Of a DNA stretch of 6,038 nucleotides, positions 1-5,927 are shown one piece after another. Source of the DNA: Nanopusillaceae archaeon (GTDB taxonomy: Archaea > Nanobdellota > Nanobdellia > Nanobdellales > Nanobdellaceae). The notes under the pieces are model-generated. The model was not told the origin of the DNA, made no database searches, and saw only the letters and a list, made by a program, of their open reading frames with translations. Where the stretch lies: assembly GCA_049973735.1 (NCBI GenBank), contig JBMFJL010000034.1, forward strand, positions 1 through 6,038. The letters are read 5' to 3'. The position numbers and the translations under genes were made by a program. Each line of letters starts with the position of its first letter. The first letter of the stretch is position 1.

Positions 1-2
1 GA

Positions 3-1313
3 ATGAAAAGTTTAGAAAAAATATATGGATACAAGATTCCAAAGAAAATAGATCATTATTATGGAGATTTTGTCTATGTAGTAGTAAATAAATTATACGA
101 AATAATACCAGAGCTAGAGAAATATAAACAAAAAGTAATATATATGATAGAAAAAGGAAATAATGAAATATATGAATTATCTAAGGAAATATCAGACAAA
201 ATATTGTTAGAACAATTAAAGACCTTGTGGAACTTTGATATTTATTATGACATAATAATTAGAGAGTCCGATATATTAAAATACAATCTTTTTAATAGAG
301 TATTTAATATCCTTAGGGAAAAAGGCATAGTTAAGCCTGGTGAGGAAAAATCATATTATATTGATTTGAGTAGATGGAAGGATCTAGAAAAGGCATATGG
401 TTCTGATAAAAAATATATAATAAGAAAGGATGGTACTGCAACATATTTGGCAAAAGATATAGCATATGCATTTTGGAAGGTAGGATTGATTGAAAATACA
501 TTAAGATTTAAGGAAAGCATTTTACAACCTAATAAGAAATATATTTATGAAATTAAACCAGATGGAGATAAGATATTTGAGCAGTGCGATTTATCTATAA
601 ATGTAATTGGAAAAGAACAGACAGCAGAGCAATTAATAATAAAAAGAATAATTGAGGAGATGGATAAGAATAAAAAATATATACATTATGGATATGAACT
701 GGTTATGTTAAATAGAAATACTGCAAAAATTTTTGGGGTTGAAGGGGATATGGTTAGAATGTCTGGAAGAAAGGGATTATATATAAATGTAGATGATCTA
801 TATGAAAAGTTGTATAATATAGTATATGAAAAGTTTAAAGATGAGGATATCGCTAGGAAAATAACTAAAAGCTTCATATGTTTGGAAATGTTGAAATATG
901 ATAAAAATACGGTGATAAACTTTGATATTGATAAGATGCTGAATATTGAGGAAGGTAATGCAATATACTTTTTGTATACTTATGCAAGAATAAATTCTTT
1001 ATTAGAAAAAGCAAACTGGGATATACCAAAAGAATTTGAAATAAAGGAATTAAATAAATATGAAGAAAGATTAATATTAAAATTATTTGAATTTAAAGAT
1101 AAATTATTAGAGGTAGAAGAAAATTTGGAATTAAACAGATTGTATAAATATTTAATTGAATTGGTAAGAGCATTTAACGAATTTTACCAAAATGTACCAA
1201 TATTAAATTATAAAGATAAGTATCCACATAGATTGTTCTTAGTTTATTTAACAAAAGAAGTATTGGACAAAATATTTTATATATTGAAAATTGAACCTGT
1301 TAATAGAATATAG
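3..1313 (+). CDS. argS: Arginyl-tRNA synthetase (class I aaRS), C-terminal ~436 aa; the catalytic-core N-terminal part (HIGH motif, N-terminal domain) is not in the window
   Basis: Open frame 3..1313 ending in TAG. 'IIRKDGTATYLAKDIAYAFWK' matches the ArgRS core signature (K-x-DG-x-x-T-Y-x-x-x-D-I-A-Y). 'VRMSGRKGLYINVDDL' matches the ArgRS M-S-[TG]-R-x-G block that replaces KMSKS. 'AIYFLYTYARINSLLEKA' matches the first helix of the DALR anticodon-binding domain. The frame is open to the left edge; the first full codon happens to be ATG. Confidence 0.9.
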   Translation: MKSLEKIYGYKIPKKIDHYYGDFVYVVVNKLYEIIPELEKYKQKVIYMIEKGNNEIYELSKEISDKILLEQLKTLWNFDIYYDIIIRESDILKYNLFNRVFNILREKGIVKPGEEKSYYIDLSRWKDLEKAYGSDKKYIIRKDGTATYLAKDIAYAFWKVGLIENTLRFKESILQPNKKYIYEIKPDGDKIFEQCDLSINVIGKEQTAEQLIIKRIIEEMDKNKKYIHYGYELVMLNRNTAKIFGVEGDMVRMSGRKGLYINVDDLYEKLYNIVYEKFKDEDIARKITKSFICLEMLKYDKNTVINFDIDKMLNIEEGNAIYFLYTYARINSLLEKANWDIPKEFEIKELNKYEERLILKLFEFKDKLLEVEENLELNRLYKYLIELVRAFNEFYQNVPILNYKDKYPHRLFLVYLTKEVLDKIFYILKIEPVNRI

Positions 1314-1327
1314 AAAATCTTTGGGAT

Positions 1328-1342
1328 TATTTTTTATTTTTA
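1328..1342 (+). terminator. Oligo-T tract downstream of argS (candidate archaeal intrinsic terminator)
   Basis: 'tattttttatttttat' begins 15 nt after the argS TAG, with two T5-6 runs on the coding strand. Archaeal RNAP terminates at oligo-T. Such runs are also common by chance in this composition. Confidence 0.3.
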
Positions 1343-1387
1343 TTAATAATTAAAAATCATCCTATATTAACTATTCACAATCTAATC

Positions 1388-1450
1388 TTTTATATAAAAA
1401 TATAATTTAGGGCTCTAAAAGAATATTAAAAAATAATTTAAAAATATAAT
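1388..1450 (+). promoter_or_regulatory. Candidate promoter region for the rps10-nop5-flpA unit (two TATA-like boxes)
   Basis: 'ttttatata' at 1388-1396 is a near-perfect archaeal TTTATATA box and would give a ~45-50 nt leader. 'tttaaaaatata' at 1437-1448 is centred ~25 nt before the ATG at 1468 and would give a leaderless mRNA. No Shine-Dalgarno-like GGAGG/GGTGA precedes the ATG. Confidence 0.35.
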
Positions 1451-1467
1451 CATAAGATATAGAGTTT

Positions 1468-1785
1468 ATGTCGATGATAAGGATAAAGATGTGGAGTACC
1501 GATTTGAAAACATTGAATCAATTTACTAATGATTTATTAAAAATTATACAACAACTTGGTATTGAAAAGAGAGGACCTGTTAATTTACCGACAAAGGTTA
1601 TTAGAATACCAACAATGAGAACGTTGGGAAAGAGAGGAACAAAGATATATGAAACATATCAGTTAAGAATATATAGAAGATTCATAGATGTAGCTAATGA
1701 TGAGAGATTCTTTAAAAACTATTTCATAAATATGAAAATTCCATCAAGAGGATTTAGAATATCGTTAAAGATAATAAATAAATGA
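1468..1785 (+). CDS. rps10: 30S ribosomal protein uS10 (S10p/S20e)
   Basis: 105 aa. 'IRIKMWSTDLKTLNQF...GPVNLPTKVIRIPTMR...YQLRIYRRFIDVANDERF' is colinear with archaeal S10 (ARIKL-S-x-x-x-x-L ... GP-x-PLPTK ... ELRIHKRLIDI-x-ADE). Its TGA stop overlaps the nop5 ATG (ATGA at 1782-1785). An alternative start exists at Met3 (1474). Confidence 0.9.
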   Translation: MSMIRIKMWSTDLKTLNQFTNDLLKIIQQLGIEKRGPVNLPTKVIRIPTMRTLGKRGTKIYETYQLRIYRRFIDVANDERFFKNYFINMKIPSRGFRISLKIINK

Positions 1786-2768
1786 AATATTTATTATTAA
1801 GGTTTGACGGATTATATATATTTGATGAGAATTTAGATAAATACGAATTTAAAAAGTTAGATTTTGACTTAAACGATTATAAAGATATTTTGAATAATAA
1901 GCTACCTGAAAAAGTTAAAAATTATGTAGATACTGGTTCAATTTTTTTAGGACAAAAATTTGAAGGATATAAGTACATAGATGATATTAAGTTGATTTCT
2001 AAGGCACTAGAAAAAATAAAAGATTCGGAAATTGATAAAGAATTATTCTTAAACTTACTAAAGGAACAAATATCAGATTCTGTTACAAAGGATGAATTAA
2101 TAATACAGGCAATTAGATTTTTGGATGATTTAAATAAAACAATAAATTTGTATGTTGAAAGATTTAGAGAATGGTATGAATTATATTTCCCAGAAATATC
2201 TCAAAAAATAGAAGATCATGAGAAATTCTTAAAGGTAATATTAAATAAGAAAAGAGAGGAAATAATGAAGGAAAATGATATAGATATTACAATGGGTGGA
2301 AAAATATTTGATGAGGATGATTTTAAATTATTAAATGATATAGCTCAAAAAATAAATGATTTATATGTATTAAGAAAGGAAGTTGAAGATTATATAGATA
2401 AATTGATGAAAGAATATGCTCCAAATCTTTATGAAATTGCAACTCCAAATATTGGTGCCAGACTAATTGCATTAGCAGGTGGATTAAAAGAATTAGCATC
2501 TTTACCATCTTCAACTATACAAGTTTTAGGTGCAGAAAAGGCATTATTTTTACATTTAACTAAGAAAACAAAACCACCAAAACACGGTGTAATATTTAAT
2601 CATCCATATTTGCAAAAGTTACCTGAAGATAAAAGAGGTGCTATGGCTAGAAGTTTAGCATCTAAGATTGCAATTGCGGCAAGAGCAGACTTGAAAAAGA
2701 AAATAATATACAAAAAGTTGAAGGAAGAATTGGATAAAAGATTCGAAGAATTAAGAAATAAAAAATGA
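1782..2768 (+). CDS. nop5: Nop5 (Nop56/58 homolog), box C/D sRNP scaffold protein
   Basis: 328 aa. The NOSIC/Nop domain is evident: '[13 protein letters not shown]', '[47 protein letters not shown]...[14 protein letters not shown]...[19 protein letters not shown]'. It lies immediately upstream of fibrillarin, the conserved archaeal arrangement. ATGA overlaps occur at both ends. Confidence 0.93.
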   Translation: MKYLLLRFDGLYIFDENLDKYEFKKLDFDLNDYKDILNNKLPEKVKNYVDTGSIFLGQKFEGYKYIDDIKLISKALEKIKDSEIDKELFLNLLKEQISDSVTKDELIIQAIRFLDDLNKTINLYVERFREWYELYFPEISQKIEDHEKFLKVILNKKREEIMKENDIDITMGGKIFDEDDFKLLNDIAQKINDLYVLRKEVEDYIDKLMKEYAPNLYEIATPNIGARLIALAGGLKELASLPSSTIQVLGAEKALFLHLTKKTKPPKHGVIFNHPYLQKLPEDKRGAMARSLASKIAIAARADLKKKIIYKKLKEELDKRFEELRNKK

Positions 2769-3436
2769 GGTTAAAACCATTAAAGGAAAATAGCAGAATT
2801 TTTGTTGATGAAAAAGGTAGGTTATATACTAAAAATTTAGTTAAGGGTCAGAAAGTTTATACGGAGAGATTGGTAAAATATGAAGGAGAAGAATATAGAG
2901 AATGGGTTTTAAATAAATCAAAACTTGGTGCTGCTATTAAGAAAAATATTGGAAAAATACCAATAAATGAGGGAGATAAAGTATTGTATTTGGGAATTGC
3001 TGCAGGTACAACAGCATCACATATTTCAGACATAATTGGAGAAAAAGGTTTAATATATGGTATAGATGTTGCTCCAAGGATATTGAGGGAACTTGTACCA
3101 ATTTTATATAAAAGAAAAAATATAGTTAGTATATTATCTGATGCAAATAAACCAGAAAATTATTTATTTATTGTTCCTAAGGTTGATTTAATTTATCAAG
3201 ATGTTGCACAACCAAATCAGGTAGATATCTTCATTAAAAATATAGACTATTATTTGAAGAATGGTGGGTATGGATTTCTAGCAGTTAAGGCTAGATCTAT
3301 TAATGTTTCAAAAGATCCAAAGGAAATATTTAGAGAAGTAAGATTGTCTTTGGAGCAACATGGATTAAAGGTTATAAGTGAAGTAAGATTAGAGCCATAT
3401 CATAAGGATCATGCTATGTTTTTAGTGCAAAAATAA
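2765..3436 (+). CDS. flpA: Fibrillarin-like rRNA/tRNA 2'-O-methyltransferase
   Basis: 223 aa. '[16 protein letters not shown]', the SAM-binding motif '[18 protein letters not shown]', 'DANKPENY', '[12 protein letters not shown]', '[23 protein letters not shown]' and '[12 protein letters not shown]' are colinear with Methanocaldococcus-type fibrillarin over the full length. Confidence 0.95.
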   Translation: MRLKPLKENSRIFVDEKGRLYTKNLVKGQKVYTERLVKYEGEEYREWVLNKSKLGAAIKKNIGKIPINEGDKVLYLGIAAGTTASHISDIIGEKGLIYGIDVAPRILRELVPILYKRKNIVSILSDANKPENYLFIVPKVDLIYQDVAQPNQVDIFIKNIDYYLKNGGYGFLAVKARSINVSKDPKEIFREVRLSLEQHGLKVISEVRLEPYHKDHAMFLVQK

Positions 3437-3461
3437 TCTTAAATTTATTCTACATAATTTC

Positions 3462-4448
3462 ATGGAATTAGACAAAATTCTGGGAAATATATATAATAGT
3501 TTTAGTAGAATAAAAGAAAGTCTTGAGAATAACTTTAATCTATATGATAAAAAGTCGAGATTCTATTCAGGAATTTCTAAAAGATTTTATACAATAAATA
3601 GAAGTACAGAAAGATTTTTATGTCATGTAGATCGTATATTTAAAGAAACAGAATTAAAATATATATCAAAAGTTTTACAAAGAGAGCCATTAAGTGTACC
3701 TATAGTTTTCGCAGGACTTTATTTATTATATTATACAAATCCGGAAGCATTTTATGCAGTAAATACTGGTTTAGCAACTTTTATTACTGCAAATGCAATT
3801 CATTATATGATATCAAAAACAAAACCCATACCTGCAGAACATATACCAATTGATTATAAATATCTGGTATTCAAACCTTTAGAAATTTATAAAAGTGGGA
3901 AAAATCCAGGATTAAGGGCAGGATTGTTGGATATCAATGGACAAGTAATTGGAGAATATATATTGGAATTTGAGAAATCTGGTAATTTAAATAAGAAAGT
4001 ATTGGATTCTGGAATAGAAATACTACCTTATATGAAAAAAGTAGCAGAATTATTTGACAGATGGGGATATGATAAATATAATACGACAAGTGTACTATTT
4101 GCATTAGAAAATAAAAATATATTTACTTCTCCATGTAATTCAAAGAGATTAATAATTAAAGATAATGATAACTGGAGTTATATAATTTTACCAAGTTTAA
4201 GGATACCCCAAATAACATATGGATTTGAAACTGGAAAATTTGAAGTAATTAAACCGTCTAGGTCAAATGAATTGATTGAGGATGAAGTAATACAAAAATT
4301 GATGATATTACGTGTAATGGCTCTTGATATTACAAATAATTTATATGGACCAGTAGTAGTTAAAGTTGATATGGATGATAATACTTATCATTTACCAGTA
4401 TTCTTTAGTAATGTAGGATTTAAACCATGTAGTATGACAATAAAATAA
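3462..4448 (+). CDS. Hypothetical membrane-hairpin protein, paralog A (unknown family)
   Basis: 328-aa ORF starting 25 nt after the flpA stop on the same strand. Coding status is supported by full-length colinear similarity to the downstream ORF 4655..5728. Shared blocks include the N-terminus M-x-L-D-x-x-x-G-x-I...KESL, PxPA[ED]H[IL]P, YLVFKP, NGQxIGxYILExE, NWSY, PQxxYxFETG and [IV]EDxxIQK. I recognise no known domain. Confidence 0.85.
   Translation: MELDKILGNIYNSFSRIKESLENNFNLYDKKSRFYSGISKRFYTINRSTERFLCHVDRIFKETELKYISKVLQREPLSVPIVFAGLYLLYYTNPEAFYAVNTGLATFITANAIHYMISKTKPIPAEHIPIDYKYLVFKPLEIYKSGKNPGLRAGLLDINGQVIGEYILEFEKSGNLNKKVLDSGIEILPYMKKVAELFDRWGYDKYNTTSVLFALENKNIFTSPCNSKRLIIKDNDNWSYIILPSLRIPQITYGFETGKFEVIKPSRSNELIEDEVIQKLMILRVMALDITNNLYGPVVVKVDMDDNTYHLPVFFSNVGFKPCSMTIK
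3687..3812 (+). other. Predicted hydrophobic helical hairpin of paralog A (aa ~76-117)
   Basis: 'PLSVPIVFAGLYLLYYT' and 'AFYAVNTGLATFITANAIHYMI' are separated by the short turn 'NPE'. Basic residues flank both sides (..KVLQRE / SKTK..). This suggests an in-out-in hairpin with both soluble domains on the same, probably cytoplasmic, side. Judged by eye, not with a predictor. Confidence 0.5.
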
Positions 4449-4492
4449 TATTAAATCATTATAAAATAAAGATAGTCTAAAATAAATACTGT

Positions 4493-4502
4493 TATTTTTT
4501 AT
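4493..4502 (+). terminator. Oligo-T tract downstream of paralog A (candidate terminator)
   Basis: 'tattttttat' (T6 at 4495-4500) lies ~45 nt after the TAA at 4446-4448. It is the first T5+ run on the + strand after the rps10-nop5-flpA-paralog A string. Confidence 0.3.
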
Positions 4503-4623
4503 CATACACCATTTTAAGTAGATAATTTGTAAGCTTAGCAAAACTATAGTAAATGTATATCTTAGATGCTAAGAGTAAATTAATAAATTTAAATGTATTC
4601 TGTTACTTTTAGTTAATAATAAA

Positions 4624-4647
4624 TCTTTTAAATATTTTTTTAAAAAA
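4624..4647 (+). promoter_or_regulatory. Candidate TATA box(es) for paralog B
   Basis: 'tcttttaaatatttttttaaaaaa' contains 'ttttaaata', centred ~25 nt upstream of the ATG at 4655. That spacing fits a leaderless or near-leaderless archaeal transcript. No SD motif is present. Confidence 0.3.
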
Positions 4648-4654
4648 TAATTTT

Positions 4655-4879
4655 ATGAGTCTAGATGAGGTAGTAGGACGTATAAAAAAGGGTCGGGCAG
4701 AATTAAAAGAAAGTTTAGATACATATCTTAGTAGGGTAGGATCAACAATTGGTTATGGAATAGATAAATTGAAAGAAAATGTAGAAAAGTTTGGAAGTTA
4801 TTTGAATAATATAAAATTAAAACTTGATAATGCAATTGATAAATTGGAAGAAGGAGCAAAAGAATTGGGAGGTTATTTG
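4655..4879 (+). repeat. Three tandem 75-nt (25-aa) repeats encoding the N-terminal helical region of paralog B
   Basis: Each unit ends in 'YL', exactly 25 aa apart (Y24L25, Y49L50, Y74L75). Units 2 and 3 share I-D-K-L-x-E-x-x-x-x-x-G-x-Y-L ('GIDKLKENVEKFGSYL' / 'AIDKLEEGAKELGGYL'). At the DNA level 'gataaattg' occurs at 4763 and 4838, 75 nt apart. Unit 1 ('...AELKESLDTYL') is more diverged. Confidence 0.55.
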
Positions 4880-5728
4880 AGAAAGGGTACTGAAAAAATA
4901 AGGGAATATGGACCAATAATAAAAGCATCCGCTAAAAATTCTTTGCCATTACCAATAAAAGCAGCAATTGCTGGTGGAACCGGTTTGGCAGGATACTTAA
5001 TATTAGAAGGAAAGGTTTCTCCAAAAGTTGCTGCAATAATTGGTGGAGTTGCTGCAGCTGCTGCGATCGCAGGTTATTATGCATTAAGAACATTTGCACC
5101 ACAGTATGTTGAAAAACCAGTACCTGCAGATCACCTACCAGATTACATATATCTAGTATTTAAACCAGAAAAAGTTATTGAATATGGAGAAAAAACAAAA
5201 TTGGAAGCAGAATTGCTTAATCCAAATGGACAACCAATAGGAAAATATATATTAGAATATGAATCAACGACGACAGATCCTGATAAATTGATGAAAGATG
5301 TAAAAAATCTATTTGCTAGAGATGGATTCGATATTACGGTACTGTACGTGGTAAAAAATGGAGATGTATATACATATCCAAGTCATCCGGAAATTCTATT
5401 AGTTAAGAATAATAATTGGACTAACTGGAGTTATGTACTTGTTCAAACTTCACATGTACCACAAACAGCATATGCATTCGAAACTGGAAATATCAAAGTA
5501 GTTATACCATCTATAGTAAATGGATTGGTAGAAGATAAAACAATACAAAAATGGAGACATTTACAAGCAGTAGCGAATGCTATGGGAGGTGGTTTGGAAC
5601 CAATAAGTGTGATACAGGTAAAGATAAATGGTAAGGAATATACTATACCAGCATATTTCACTGAAAGTCGCTTTTCGCTATATAAAGATGCATGGCAGCA
5701 ATATTGCAAAGAAATAGGAGGATGTTAG
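4655..5728 (+). CDS. Hypothetical membrane-hairpin protein, paralog B (unknown family; N-terminal 25-aa repeats, Gly/Ala-rich hairpin)
   Basis: 357-aa ORF ending in TAG. It is colinear with ORF 3462..4448 at roughly one-third to 40% identity by eye over the C-terminal ~200 aa, with ~50% identity in the conserved blocks. Short DNA-level identities persist, e.g. 'tatctggtattcaaacc' (3861) vs 'tatctagtatttaaacc' (5150), and 'taactggagttat' in both copies. Confidence 0.87.
   Translation: MSLDEVVGRIKKGRAELKESLDTYLSRVGSTIGYGIDKLKENVEKFGSYLNNIKLKLDNAIDKLEEGAKELGGYLRKGTEKIREYGPIIKASAKNSLPLPIKAAIAGGTGLAGYLILEGKVSPKVAAIIGGVAAAAAIAGYYALRTFAPQYVEKPVPADHLPDYIYLVFKPEKVIEYGEKTKLEAELLNPNGQPIGKYILEYESTTTDPDKLMKDVKNLFARDGFDITVLYVVKNGDVYTYPSHPEILLVKNNNWTNWSYVLVQTSHVPQTAYAFETGNIKVVIPSIVNGLVEDKTIQKWRHLQAVANAMGGGLEPISVIQVKINGKEYTIPAYFTESRFSLYKDAWQQYCKEIGGC
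4943..5086 (+). other. Predicted Gly/Ala-rich hydrophobic hairpin of paralog B (aa ~97-144)
   Basis: 'LPLPIKAAIAGGTGLAGYLIL' and 'VAAIIGGVAAAAAIAGYYAL' are separated by 'EGKVSPK'. Small-xxx-small (GxxxG/AxxxA-like) spacing recurs. This is a locally GC-rich patch ('gctgcagctgctgcgatcgcagg') in an AT-rich gene. Confidence 0.5.
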
Positions 5729-5741
5729 AAGATTGATAAAT

Positions 5742-5765
5742 AAATACAATTTTTGTATTTTTTAT
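5742..5765 (+). terminator. Hairpin plus oligo-T downstream of paralog B (candidate terminator)
   Basis: 'aaatacaa' (5742-5749) and 'ttgtattt' (5753-5760) form a perfect 8-bp inverted repeat with a 3-nt loop. It runs into a T-rich tail (T6 at 5758-5763) and starts 14 nt after the TAG stop. Confidence 0.4.
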
Positions 5766-5810
5766 TATATTTCTATTACATAAGGAAATCCGAATGTTAC
5801 TATAATCCAA

Positions 5811-5864
5811 TTTAAATATAATATTCCTTTTTCTCTGCCAGACCCTGCAGATATAAATATAAAT
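5811..5864 (+). promoter_or_regulatory. Two TATA-like boxes upstream of the GC-rich RNA-like island
   Basis: 'tttaaatata' at 5811-5820 and 'atataaatataaat' at 5851-5864 lie in a 150-nt non-coding gap just before the compositional switch. Their spacing would place transcription starts near ~5841 and ~5885. Tandem promoters are common upstream of archaeal stable-RNA genes. Confidence 0.3.
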
Positions 5865-5927
5865 GGTTGTTTTTGTTAGTAGGTTATTTGGTTATTCAAG
5901 TGTTTGGGGTGGTTTGGTTTTTCTTGA

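Noticed and set aside
686-877. 63-aa ORF on the - strand inside argS
   Set aside because: It lies entirely antisense to a strongly supported ArgRS coding region. The peptide is low-complexity and Leu/Ser/Phe/Ile-rich, typical of antisense frames in AT-rich genes. It has no recognisable motif and no upstream signals.
1314-1467. Box C/D sRNA genes in the intergenic regions (also 4449-4654 and 5729-5927), expected given the adjacent nop5-flpA
   Set aside because: None of the three spacers has a C box (RUGAUGA) paired with a D box (CUGA) on either strand. The closest string, 'ggatgatt' on the - strand near 1369-1376, lacks the GA core spacing and has no CUGA partner.
2323-2514. 63-aa ORF on the - strand inside nop5
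   Set aside because: It is antisense to the most conserved part of the Nop domain, and its composition is that of a shadow ORF with no independent support.
4534-4573. Hairpin 'cttagca' / 'tgctaag' in the inter-paralog spacer as a structured RNA or terminator
   Set aside because: The stem is only 7 bp with a 26-nt AT-rich loop and no flanking oligo-T. It is thermodynamically weak and plausibly a chance occurrence, so it is mentioned only as part of the spacer finding.
4728-4928. 66-aa ORF on the - strand inside paralog B
   Set aside because: It is antisense to the repeat region of paralog B. The sense frame is supported by paralog conservation, while the antisense peptide is Leu-rich and low-complexity.
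5443-5709. 88-aa ORF on the - strand inside paralog B
   Set aside because: It overlaps the best-conserved C-terminal blocks of the + strand ORF (PQTAYAFETG, VEDKTIQK). Conservation between the two paralogs is in the + frame, not this one.
5901-5920. G-quadruplex or telomere-like repeat ('tttggggtggtttggttttt')
   Set aside because: There is one G4 run and otherwise only GG doublets, which is not enough G-tracts of 3 or more for a canonical quadruplex. There is also no reason to expect telomeric repeats in an archaeal chromosome.
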